A program made the position numbers and the translations under genes. From IMG/VR virus record IMGVR_UViG_3300028800_000001, positions 248,001-312,000 of that record: a stretch of 64,000 bases of DNA. One strand, 5' to 3'. Below are positions 18,192 through 27,482 of the stretch, in pieces. Position 1 is the first letter of the stretch, and each line of letters opens with the position of its first letter. The notes under the pieces were generated by a model. It worked only from the letters and a program-made list of their open reading frames with translations, had not been told where the DNA came from and searched no databases.

Positions 18192-19529
18192 TTACGAATA
18201 ATAAAAGGTCACACCAGGGCAGTTGGCTACCCCATTGGAAACAATGCCTACGGAAGCACGACCACCTCCACCAATGCTATAAATGCTGCCAACTGTAGCA
18301 TTGGCTGGAATAGAAAGCAGCTTTGTTCCACTATTGGTGGTGGCATTGTCATAGATATCAAGCTGCGCGGTTCCGGTCGTTGTCACTACTGCACTCCAAA
18401 GATAGCCAGGAGTGCCTTTGACCACCACATTACCTGCGGTATTGGCAGCTTGCGCAGCGTTCGCCGTCGCTCCAGCCGTGAGCCATGGATTCGTATTTTG
18501 TGTATTTCCAGGCTGCACTGTCCAGGTTCCTGCTTGCGCACTTTGCATCCCACCAGGAGCAGAACTACTGGTGTAGAGCTCTAGTGTCGCGTTTGCGGTG
18601 CCGCTGGTATACGCCGTCATGCGCACACGAAAGTAGCGAAACGTCACCGCTCGTTCATAGATGACACTCACTGTATTGGTAGTAGTTGAGAGTAGTGAGC
18701 CACTGGTAACATTGGTCATGAGCACATTGACAAAAGCAGCGCCATCATTAGAACCTTGAAATGTGAGTGTTCCTGAATAGGCACTAGAACTAATATGAAT
18801 ACTCAGCCATTTATACGCACTGACATCTGTAGAGGGAACCAGATCAGCATTGAGTGATGCGGCGCTCAGCCCTGTTTGTTCAGTAAAGTTTCCTCGTACT
18901 GCCTGTGAACCAGCGGCGTCTATCATTGCTTTATTTGTGCCAGCGCTATCAACCACAGTGACTCCACCGACAAGATTGCTTCCAGCAGGAAGGCTAGAGA
19001 GCAAACTAATATCACCGGTTGCAGCGCTTGCATTTAAGGTTACCGTGAGTGTTTCTGTACTTCCAAGCACACTTGCACGCACACGTATCTTTGTCAGCCC
19101 TGCACAATTTCCTCCTAGCTCCAACGGGCCAGGGCCAACAATGCTTTGCACTGATGTGCTGGTCAAAGAGCCGCCCACTTTTATCCCTTTGGCGATCCAG
19201 TTTGTGCCATCGACACTGCCATCGACCACGATTGTTGTTGCAGAAGTAAAAGTGCTCAGTGCCACAATTTCTGCTTTCCAGCTTCCTTGACCAGCACCAA
19301 GAGAAAGGACAACGGTGCCACCAGCAATCGGTGTTTGCTGCGTGCTTTGTGCAGCAGTAATCGTACCGCTTACGCTGAGATCGCTCGTGCTACTGTAAAG
19401 TGGGTTGACAGCAACTCCCAACGCATTATCAGACGTATCCACAAGCACTGTTGGGTGCACAATCATTACCGTACTGTTCGGGCCGGTGTCCACGCCTGGG
19501 ACGGTTGGCTCTGTTTGATTAATAGGCAT
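18192..19529 (-). CDS. Ser/Thr/Gly-rich beta-repeat protein, probable virion appendage
   Basis: GSVDGTNW and QGSNDG...RYFRVR repeats; N-terminal 45 aa nearly identical to 20665-21117. Confidence 0.55.
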   Translation of the reverse strand: MPINQTEPTVPGVDTGPNSTVMIVHPTVLVDTSDNALGVAVNPLYSSTSDLSVSGTITAAQSTQQTPIAGGTVVLSLGAGQGSWKAEIVALSTFTSATTIVVDGSVDGTNWIAKGIKVGGSLTSTSVQSIVGPGPLELGGNCAGLTKIRVRASVLGSTETLTVTLNASAATGDISLLSSLPAGSNLVGGVTVVDSAGTNKAMIDAAGSQAVRGNFTEQTGLSAASLNADLVPSTDVSAYKWLSIHISSSAYSGTLTFQGSNDGAAFVNVLMTNVTSGSLLSTTTNTVSVIYERAVTFRYFRVRMTAYTSGTANATLELYTSSSAPGGMQSAQAGTWTVQPGNTQNTNPWLTAGATANAAQAANTAGNVVVKGTPGYLWSAVVTTTGTAQLDIYDNATTNSGTKLLSIPANATVGSIYSIGGGGRASVGIVSNGVANCPGVTFYYS

Positions 19530-20663
19530 CTATTGTATCCTTCCACTGGTGTGCCGCATTTCCCTGATATAAGGAGAGCCCACCACTGCTTTATAGAGTG
19601 AGTTGAGAAAGAAGTTCAGCCAGAGATTTTGATAGGCTACGTAGCCTGCGGGAAGTGTGGGATGAATATTGTCCACATCAATTAAGCTTTGATGCGTAGA
19701 AAAATACGCATAGAGATCAGGGCCAAGAATGATGGACGGAAAACTGGCTTTGAGTGTCAAGATCTTGGTATTAATTGTAGGCGCATTCGCCAGTAAATTC
19801 GTCGTATTGCCCCAACAAATTGTCTTTGGTAATACCACCGTTTTCCCAGCACCAATCACGGCATTGATCATGGTGGTCATGTTACTGATAAAATTCGTGA
19901 CGTACGTTCCGCCCTGGTTTGCATCATTGGTACCGTAGAGGAGTCCCACATATTTACCAGGAAAGAGTGCAAGCCACGTCGCAATATTGGCCGCGCCTTC
20001 GACTGCCGTAAACCCACCAATGCCGCCATCCTCCATCAAAGGAAAATTGCTGACCTGGGCATTGATTTGTGCAGGGAGTGTGGTATCGGTGTGCAAAAAA
20101 CCTTGTTGCGCAATAGAGTCGCCATAAAAGATCCAATCATCAGCCAGCCCATTTGCTTTATGCACATCCATATTGATCTGCACATTATTGTTAGAAACCG
20201 ATCCATTGATTGCAGTGATGCGAATGCGCACCCATTTGTACCCAGTGAGATTCACACTATGCTGACGGCTGTGATAGACGTTTCCGGTTACCGTCGCAAG
20301 CGTTATCCATCCACTTGAGGGTAAACTTCCACCGGCTGCACTATTGGCATCAATCGTGTAAGCAGCAGGAACGTTATAGGAATTATTGCTAATCAAGGTC
20401 GGATCATAGGCACCCGTTGAGGGATCGTTATACCAGACCACAACAGCCGTCGTGAGACTACTCACACCAGAAAGATCATAGGCCAGATACACGGCTTGCG
20501 TCAGCGTGCCACTGTCTGTATTTCCTGTGGGTGCTGTGAGGCAACGCCAATAATTGCCATACGTGCTGTCGTTGGCTTGCGAGGCTGGAAACGCACCTGA
20601 AAAGTCATCATTGGTATAGGCAGGCACACCACGTGAGATCAGGGGCATTGGAGCTATCGTCAT
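19530..20663 (-). CDS. SGNH/GDSL hydrolase with N-terminal carbohydrate-binding-like domain
   Basis: FYGDSI, GIGG, YGTNDA, DNIHP blocks. Confidence 0.8.
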   Translation of the reverse strand: MTIAPMPLISRGVPAYTNDDFSGAFPASQANDSTYGNYWRCLTAPTGNTDSGTLTQAVYLAYDLSGVSSLTTAVVVWYNDPSTGAYDPTLISNNSYNVPAAYTIDANSAAGGSLPSSGWITLATVTGNVYHSRQHSVNLTGYKWVRIRITAINGSVSNNNVQINMDVHKANGLADDWIFYGDSIAQQGFLHTDTTLPAQINAQVSNFPLMEDGGIGGFTAVEGAANIATWLALFPGKYVGLLYGTNDANQGGTYVTNFISNMTTMINAVIGAGKTVVLPKTICWGNTTNLLANAPTINTKILTLKASFPSIILGPDLYAYFSTHQSLIDVDNIHPTLPAGYVAYQNLWLNFFLNSLYKAVVGSPYIREMRHTSGRIQ

Positions 20664-20664
20664 A

Positions 20665-21117
20665 TTAATTCCAAGCCCTGACTACAATATTGCTCGCGCT
20701 TGTTCCATTGACGTTGCTAATGCCTGGAGTATAGAGATGCAGCGCTGTTACCTGCACATCCAAAAATAGCGTTTGTCCAGCAGCGAGTACTGGGCTTCCT
20801 GCGGTAGCTGTAACATCTAAGTCCCATTGGATATTGCTAGCCGTGTTATTTTGCACCATCAAATGTGAGATAACGGTGGTGCCAGCGGCTCCCCATTTAA
20901 AACTATAATCAGTGGTAGCCGCCGTTGCCGCGCCATTAGAGGCGTAGGCTGCAACGTAGCCTGATTGGACGGTTTGTTCAACAAAGAGAGGGTTGGCAAC
21001 AATCCCAAAGGCATTATCAGAGGTATCTACAAGCACGCTTGGATGCACAATCATCGTGGTGCTATTGGGGCCAGTATCGACACCAGGAACGGTTGGTTCA
21101 GTTTGGTTGAGTGGCAT
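20665..21117 (-). CDS. small beta-rich protein, probable virion accessory
   Basis: MPLNQTEPTVPGVDTGPNST leader shared with 18192-19529. Confidence 0.55.
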   Translation of the reverse strand: MPLNQTEPTVPGVDTGPNSTTMIVHPSVLVDTSDNAFGIVANPLFVEQTVQSGYVAAYASNGAATAATTDYSFKWGAAGTTVISHLMVQNNTASNIQWDLDVTATAGSPVLAAGQTLFLDVQVTALHLYTPGISNVNGTSASNIVVRAWN

Positions 21118-21191
21118 TGTTTTCTCCAGTACAAATCATTGCAACAGAAATGCTATTTTTGTTTGTACTGAAGAATTTAGGAGAAATACAG

Positions 21192-22109
21192 TTATTTTTG
21201 TTCGTGGCCTTGCAGGGCAAATGCAGTGCGATCTTCCCCAATGCAGAGCCAGAGATTTTCAAACAAGAGTGCTTCGGCAGGAACACTCATTGTTGGAAAA
21301 GCAGCATCTTTGTCAATATACGCTAAAGTGCAGTGTGGTGTAAAGCCATGTGTGTTGTCAATAGGAACAGGCAGAGACGTTCGAAGCTGTTCACGCCACT
21401 CTGCTATCCCTGGAAGGTCTACAGAGGCGTAAAACGGCAGCGTAGCGCTCTCTGTGGGGGTGTTTGTGAAGCACCCGATCCCTGAGACAATGCCATGTAC
21501 CGGAACCGCGTTTGTCGCATAGTCACCGATTGCTTTTTTGAGCTGTGCGGAAAGGGCATCAGGAACATTCTCAGCGCTTCCTAGTATCATCAAAGTGACA
21601 TGCAGCTCTTGTGGCTCACATTTCCCTTCACAGTCCAGTGCTATTTTTTGTGCGGCATCTGGCTCCAGATAAAATGCCACCATGATTGGCAAGGCCGACA
21701 CAGGTTTAGGTTGCTCTGGTGTTTCTTCTTTGCGTAGCCACAGCGTCTTTAAAAAAGAAACATGCTCTTCGTTGGCGCGAAAGATTGGCGTCTGCAAAAA
21801 GTCTTTGACAGCTATATCGTGTGCTGCAAGATAGCCAATTAATTGTTCTTCATTCTTGACAGGCAACGTCCATGTCGTCTCTTCAAAGATGCTTTTCTTC
21901 TTTGCAGGTTCTTCATCTGAAAGGGTTGCGCGCTCCTCTTCTGGGAGATCATCAAGATTTTCACAAGGCAGCACACGATTCAAAAAATCTTCACGTGCTT
22001 CATCAGTCAATTGGTGCCGTTGCAAAAACTTGGCAACGCGGCGTGAGAGATCAGGTGACATATTGTCAGGTACACTGCTTTTTGCACTATCGTCTTTGAG
22101 TATTTTCAC
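21192..22109 (-). CDS. 2H phosphoesterase (Acb1/2'-5' RNA ligase-like) with N-terminal helical modules
   Basis: Two HxT motifs: ELHVTL and FTPHCTLAY. Confidence 0.8.
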   Translation of the reverse strand: MKILKDDSAKSSVPDNMSPDLSRRVAKFLQRHQLTDEAREDFLNRVLPCENLDDLPEEERATLSDEEPAKKKSIFEETTWTLPVKNEEQLIGYLAAHDIAVKDFLQTPIFRANEEHVSFLKTLWLRKEETPEQPKPVSALPIMVAFYLEPDAAQKIALDCEGKCEPQELHVTLMILGSAENVPDALSAQLKKAIGDYATNAVPVHGIVSGIGCFTNTPTESATLPFYASVDLPGIAEWREQLRTSLPVPIDNTHGFTPHCTLAYIDKDAAFPTMSVPAEALLFENLWLCIGEDRTAFALQGHEQK

Positions 22110-25100
22110 AAAGTGTCTCCATTCAAAATGGTTTTGCCTACACGGGTTGCTGTTCTATTTAAAACTACCAGAAAGTCAGCACGTTTATTGATCGAATCTA
22201 CATGAGAGCGATCAACATAAATGGCATCATAGCCCTTCATTGCGGCGTAGCGACCAGGATCGTTGGCAAGATCAAAGAGCCGATCAATGCGGCGTGACTC
22301 CGTATACTTCCCAGCATCATCCAAGGCTTTGCCCCGTGTACGCAAATCATTCTTGTAGTCAATCCACTCATTGATTAAACGTCCCTTCTCAATTGCGGTG
22401 GTATTTTTGAGTACGGACATATGCAGCACATCATCGCCATAAGTAGCGGCCACATGAGACGCACTATATCGGTCAGATACTCCTTCTGTGGTAAGCGCGG
22501 TATAGGTTCCGTTGCCATAGACGCCAAGTCCTGCAAAATAGTGCCCACTTTGATAGCTTGCAGCATAGCCCAGGCCGTCAGAGGGATCACCACCATCATC
22601 CACACCGCGATAGAGCTCAGCCTCACCGTCTTTAATGTGCTGCGCAAGCACATTATCTTCAACCACATGTGGAGGGCCATCAAACCCCTGTGCTTTATAG
22701 ATTTCCTGTAAGCAGGCGTCGGCATCCGTGGCGCTACTGCTTCCTGGGATTGGGCCTTTGCCTGTATCCATATAGTTTTTGACGTAGGGAATATCTTCAG
22801 GGTTGCTATATTTGGCTTCCGTCTTCTGAAATTCCTGGTTATCAGGGTGTTTCGGTCCTTTCTCGCGGGTACCATCAGCATGCACAAGCAGGTGTGCATT
22901 TTCTGTCGTGGTAAATTTCCCTACGTGATCATGCGCAGGGTTGTACTTTTCTTCAAACTGCTCAACACTTTTTGTTCCTGAGACGCGGTAAGAAATGCCT
23001 TTGGCTTTGAGTTGTGCCTCAAGCGGTGGTGTAAGCTCATAATCATTATGAAACACAATTTCTGCAATAGTTGAGGTGTTTAGACCACCATGAAATTGTG
23101 CCTCTGGATAGCCGCGTACATCACTCACGTTTTGGTAGGTCAGTGGATCTGGACCATGCACACTAAAATTGGTATGATCAGGATGCAGCATGCTTCCTGG
23201 CAAGAGATAGCCACCCATACCAAGTGAGTCATCACCTGTCCAGGTGGTTTTTTGCTTCACCTCTGGTTTGAAGCGAACCGCAACGCCTCCATATTCATCA
23301 ACAGAGTCGAACATGCCATGCCGCGTCTGTCTCAGGCTTGCGCCGTCAGGATGATCGCTTAGATAGCCGTAAAGTGGACGCTGCTCTTTGGCAAGATCGT
23401 CTGGATAGCCAAAGAGATCATGTTCTGCTTCAGAACGTGAATCGTGATCCATAATTCCCGCAGAGGTATTGGTTTCAAATTGCGACTTGAAGCGTTCATC
23501 ATCCAATATCTTTGAAAGAATTGTTGGGCGTACCCGCATCCAAGGTTCTGCATTCTTGAGCAGTTCCACGGCTTTGTCATCAACGGCTTTGTTGTACTCT
23601 TCAGCCGTCATGTTATGCGTCTGCGCATGCTTTTCAGCGAACGCTGCACCTTGTATGTCATATTTTTTGAGGACGGCGTCTGGTGGACGCACCTGTTCTA
23701 AGATATCTTTTTTCTGATTATCAGGATGCGCCGGTCCTTTTTCAGTGGTACCATCACGATGCACTAAAAGGTGGGCATTTTCGGTGGTCGTAAATTGTCC
23801 ATTGTGCCCGTGGGCTGGATTATATTTCGCTTCGCCTGTGAGCAGCTCTTGATCACGTGCGGATAAATCTTCTAGCGATTGCACACCCATCAAACGATTG
23901 AAAAAGTCCTGACGCTCTGCGAGTGTCCAAGAGGCCGCAACAGGGCCAGCAAGAAACTTTTCTACCAGTGGTACTAGATCAGGGGCAAGCGTATCAGGGA
24001 TTGTGTTAATGGCTTGATTTTCTGCATCAGTGATTTGATCTTTATGTTCTGGGGTATCATCATCTATTTCCTCGTCATTTTGCTTCTCCTCTGGTAAATA
24101 CAATGAAAGATCAAGTGGTTCATGCATCTTGCCGTGGCTGCGATGCCCTGGCTTTTTGCGCGGCACAGGGATAACGCCATGAGCAGGTTTGCCGTGAGGA
24201 GCCGCATGTGGTTTTGCAGCAGGTGCGCCGTGAGCAGCAGCAGGTTTCTTGAGTGGCTTCACGCTCGTTGGCACTGCTGGATGCTTTGGTGGCATTCCAC
24301 CGGTTTGTGACTCAGGGTGTGCCGTAATCTTGAAAAAGTCTTCCCAGGTGGGATTCTTCATTCCAGCTAGCTGATGCAAAATCTCAAAACGTTTTGCGAA
24401 ACCTAACGCTGCTTCATCATTGGCTGCATACTCTTTTGAGAGGATCAGGGCTTTGGTTTCTTTGGTGAGAAACTTTCCCAGGATGCCATGATCAATGCTG
24501 TTGCGCAGAAAACTTTTTCCAATGACTTTCATCAGAAAGCTATGCGACTGGATTGCAATATCTTTTTTGACGAGTGCCGAAGAAAGTTGTGTCAGGTTAA
24601 TCTTGCCGGTCTTTTGATTGAGGGTATAGTGTCCAGATTGATCTTGTTTCATGCCAAGAATATATTCCAACATGCCGACTTTGGTCACCTGATCAGGGGG
24701 CATTTTCTCCATTGCCTCGGTTGCCGTCTTATCATCCAGGGGAGTGCTTTTTACATCCTCAGAGACCACTACGGGCTCTTTGTCCACTGTTCCACTGTGG
24801 ACTACAGGCACCGTATCAGAGGCTCCTACCAGATCTGCAATGCGGCTTGCACCGGTCTGTGAAAAGGCAATGCGCGTGCTACCAGTGGGCACAATACGAT
24901 ACGTCTTGCCATTAATGTTGGCGGTATAGACGCCGTCAGCCCCTCTGGTCATTGCCCCTTTGTCGGAGAGGGCTTTCGCAATGTGGGCAGGCATGGTGGT
25001 GAGCACATCAGCGTGCACACCGCCTGCGCCATCATCAGCACCGATGAATTGTCCGGTCGTAGTGCTGTGATTACGGTTATATTTTTCTTCAGGAAGATAG

Positions 25101-25165
25101 AGTGTAAGGTCAGGTTTCTCCTGTTCTTCTATCTCTTTACGAAAGAGAGCATAATGATACTTCAT
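22106..25165 (-). CDS. 1019-aa multidomain effector polyprotein: degenerate kinase + helical module + DUF3626-like + ART-like C-terminal domain
   Basis: Three KYNxxH tags; RFKSQFET/RPLYGYL/YPEAQFHGGL; C-terminal QGFDGPP, LYRGV, GVYGNGTYT, GYDAI, VVLNRT. Confidence 0.7.
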   Translation of the reverse strand: MKYHYALFRKEIEEQEKPDLTLYLPEEKYNRNHSTTTGQFIGADDGAGGVHADVLTTMPAHIAKALSDKGAMTRGADGVYTANINGKTYRIVPTGSTRIAFSQTGASRIADLVGASDTVPVVHSGTVDKEPVVVSEDVKSTPLDDKTATEAMEKMPPDQVTKVGMLEYILGMKQDQSGHYTLNQKTGKINLTQLSSALVKKDIAIQSHSFLMKVIGKSFLRNSIDHGILGKFLTKETKALILSKEYAANDEAALGFAKRFEILHQLAGMKNPTWEDFFKITAHPESQTGGMPPKHPAVPTSVKPLKKPAAAHGAPAAKPHAAPHGKPAHGVIPVPRKKPGHRSHGKMHEPLDLSLYLPEEKQNDEEIDDDTPEHKDQITDAENQAINTIPDTLAPDLVPLVEKFLAGPVAASWTLAERQDFFNRLMGVQSLEDLSARDQELLTGEAKYNPAHGHNGQFTTTENAHLLVHRDGTTEKGPAHPDNQKKDILEQVRPPDAVLKKYDIQGAAFAEKHAQTHNMTAEEYNKAVDDKAVELLKNAEPWMRVRPTILSKILDDERFKSQFETNTSAGIMDHDSRSEAEHDLFGYPDDLAKEQRPLYGYLSDHPDGASLRQTRHGMFDSVDEYGGVAVRFKPEVKQKTTWTGDDSLGMGGYLLPGSMLHPDHTNFSVHGPDPLTYQNVSDVRGYPEAQFHGGLNTSTIAEIVFHNDYELTPPLEAQLKAKGISYRVSGTKSVEQFEEKYNPAHDHVGKFTTTENAHLLVHADGTREKGPKHPDNQEFQKTEAKYSNPEDIPYVKNYMDTGKGPIPGSSSATDADACLQEIYKAQGFDGPPHVVEDNVLAQHIKDGEAELYRGVDDGGDPSDGLGYAASYQSGHYFAGLGVYGNGTYTALTTEGVSDRYSASHVAATYGDDVLHMSVLKNTTAIEKGRLINEWIDYKNDLRTRGKALDDAGKYTESRRIDRLFDLANDPGRYAAMKGYDAIYVDRSHVDSINKRADFLVVLNRTATRVGKTILNGDTL

Positions 25166-25788
25166 TCGGACTCCTCAACTTCAGCCAGAACGCGCTCCAG
25201 CGCAATTAATTGTTCATTGGAAAGTTTTTCCAGATCAATTGTTAGCTTGTTATGGGTGACGCTTTCTGAGAGCCCTGGAATGTTCTCCATCGCAATTTGT
25301 TCCGTTGCTGCACCACGTGCCACACGCTCCAGGGAGGAAGCTTCTTTAAAGAGCATGACAGCAGCAGTGGCTCCAAAACGTTTCTCTTTAATCAGATCAG
25401 TGATTTGCTGTGCTGCTTTAATTGCCATACCAGAGCCGAGTGTGGCATGATTCTCATTCATCTTCTCAATTTCAGCATCACGCTTGCGCTTTTTCTCTTC
25501 TAATTGCTCTTTATCATAGCTACGCACCTGCTCTTGCCAGCCATAGGCACTGCTCCAAATGCCTATTTGCTTATGTGAAGAGCTAATTAATTTTTCTCTC
25601 TTCTCGTCCGTGACCTGTGGTGGAAAAACGCCACTGGCTAGCAGCCGTTCTTGTTCAGCACGCAGCCGCTCCTCCACCAATTGTTCAGCAAGCCTGCGCA
25701 AGCTTCTGGTGTAGCCTTGTTGTTTATAAAGTTCTAATGCATAGAGTGAACGGGTGGTTTCTTCACCCTTTGGCAGTTTACGCGCCAT
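25162..25788 (-). CDS. probable terminase small subunit
   Basis: ELYKQQGYTRSLRRLAEQL...WSSAYGWQEQVRSYD HTH pattern; C-terminal IDLEKLSNEQL. Confidence 0.6.
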   Translation of the reverse strand: MARKLPKGEETTRSLYALELYKQQGYTRSLRRLAEQLVEERLRAEQERLLASGVFPPQVTDEKREKLISSSHKQIGIWSSAYGWQEQVRSYDKEQLEEKKRKRDAEIEKMNENHATLGSGMAIKAAQQITDLIKEKRFGATAAVMLFKEASSLERVARGAATEQIAMENIPGLSESVTHNKLTIDLEKLSNEQLIALERVLAEVEESE

Positions 25789-25905
25789 ACTTGTCTCCCC
25801 AAGAGATAGTTTTCTTTTTCGTATTTGGTATTTCTCTTTGAGAAGATTTGGAGATTTGATGGGGGATTAATTTTTGAGGTTGTTTCTTTTTCTAAGTATT
25901 TTTTA

Positions 25906-26145
25906 TTACATGGTCTCAATAGAGAGTTCGTTGTCCTTTTTTTTAATTTCTTTTGCCCATAAGACACTGGTGAGCGTTTGCAACAAATAGAGGAGAATCT
26001 TTTCATCAGGAAGATGTGTTTCCTCTTTTGCACCAGCAATAACGTTGCGTAATTCTTCCTGTTTTTCTCCTGTATAGGTAAACACCGATGCAGCAAAAGA
26101 AATAGTTCCGTATACCGTTGGCCCGTAGCCAATTTCTAGCGTCAT
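25906..26145 (-). CDS. small protein downstream of kinase; candidate kinase immunity
   Basis: AAGGAG SD; 79 aa; directly follows kinase gene. Confidence 0.5.
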   Translation of the reverse strand: MTLEIGYGPTVYGTISFAASVFTYTGEKQEELRNVIAGAKEETHLPDEKILLYLLQTLTSVLWAKEIKKKDNELSIETM

Positions 26146-26160
26146 ATCATCTCCTTTTTT

Positions 26161-27111
26161 TTAATCAGTAAAGAAGGAAGCAGGTTTTCTTTTTTTGGCG
26201 TCCCTACTCTCCCATGGAATTGTTGCAATGACCGCATTCAATGCATTCATCGTCGGATCTTTTTTGCTTTTACTCAGTAGTGCAATTGCATGCAAACGTA
26301 ACTCCAATGCTTTGATCGTACGATCATTCGCTCCAGTGTAACGTGCCATCCGTACAATTTCGTCAGCATGCTCTACAAAAGATCTGAGTACTTTTTTATT
26401 AAATGGCTTCTCGTTTGGATCAGTAGAGCGGGTACCTGTCGCATCTTTAAAAGGGGGCGTGGTGTAATTCGTTGCAATCTTTGACTCAAAGTCATTGGTA
26501 ATTTCATCAGTGCGCAAAGCAAGTCCCATATCGATAAGTTTTAATCCCTTCTCGCCTTTTTGTGTTGAATCAACTAAATAGTTCCCTAAATGACGATCAC
26601 GATCATGAACGACATACTCATAGAGACGAAGTTTCGCATAATTCTCTATACTTAATTTGCTCACCGCAGCCACGCGCTGTTCTTTTGAGAGTGCAAGCAT
26701 TGGTGTTCCCTCAACCCACGGCTGGACAGTAACATCTTGTCCATTACGTGCCATTTTTTGCACTGGAAGAGTAAAGTCGCTCACTCCAAGCACGTCAGCC
26801 GTCTTCGATGAAAAAACTGCACGTTCTTCCTGATTGGAAATGCCCATTGCGTCTGCTTCATCGCTGTTCTTTTTTACCAAATAGTTTTTTCCAGCAATGG
26901 TTGTCTTGTAGGTTGCATTCAAACTATCGCCACGCCCAAATTGCTGCAATGATGCTGTTTGAAGTTGCCCCTGGCTAGGAAAGCGTTTATCACTATTTGG
27001 AGTCATATCTAGAGCCGAAGGCGATGACGCAAATCGACCATCTTCCTCATCGTGATAATAATTGTACTTGCGCTGATAGGCATATCTTCGTAACCGTACG
27101 GCTCGCGGCAT
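26161..27111 (-). CDS. KYN-tagged HipA/PI3K-PI4K-like kinase
   Basis: RKYNYYHDEEDGRF; YLVKK, VQPWVEG, YVVHDRDRHLGNYL, LIDMGLAL. Confidence 0.8.
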   Translation of the reverse strand: MPRAVRLRRYAYQRKYNYYHDEEDGRFASSPSALDMTPNSDKRFPSQGQLQTASLQQFGRGDSLNATYKTTIAGKNYLVKKNSDEADAMGISNQEERAVFSSKTADVLGVSDFTLPVQKMARNGQDVTVQPWVEGTPMLALSKEQRVAAVSKLSIENYAKLRLYEYVVHDRDRHLGNYLVDSTQKGEKGLKLIDMGLALRTDEITNDFESKIATNYTTPPFKDATGTRSTDPNEKPFNKKVLRSFVEHADEIVRMARYTGANDRTIKALELRLHAIALLSKSKKDPTMNALNAVIATIPWESRDAKKRKPASFFTD

Positions 27112-27138
27112 CTTACATCTCTCCTGATACAAAAGGAT

Positions 27139-27188
27139 AATTAATTATTTATTTTGTGAGTGCGAGACATTTCTTTTTAAAATTAATT
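27139..27188. promoter_or_regulatory. paired AATTAATT motif
   Basis: AATTAATT at 27139 and 27181 (42 bp apart). Confidence 0.55.
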
Positions 27189-27190
27189 AT

Positions 27191-27469
27191 TTACATCGTT
27201 TCGATATCATGTCTATCTTCTTTTTTCTCAGCCAAACTATCGGCAACAGGGGTTGCATCCTTTAGCCATTCTTGTAGTACGTCTTGAGAGTCGGTGTAAG
27301 GTTCCCACTCTTGTCTGCTTTGCAGTGTCGCAAGGGCATTGACTGGATACAGTTTTTTCTCATCACTGTAGTAGATTTGCCCCAGGTGTTGTGTACGTCC
27401 ATAGAGCATTCCTGTGCCCAGGTCAAGCAGGTAATACCCATCTTCGTCACGTCCAAGTATTTTTTTCAT
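27191..27469 (-). CDS. small paralogous protein (putative immunity family) copy 3
   Basis: GQIYYSDEKKLYPVNALATLQSRQEWEPYTD...LQEWL. Confidence 0.65.
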   Translation of the reverse strand: MKKILGRDEDGYYLLDLGTGMLYGRTQHLGQIYYSDEKKLYPVNALATLQSRQEWEPYTDSQDVLQEWLKDATPVADSLAEKKEDRHDIETM

Positions 27470-27482
27470 TTTCTTTTCTCCT

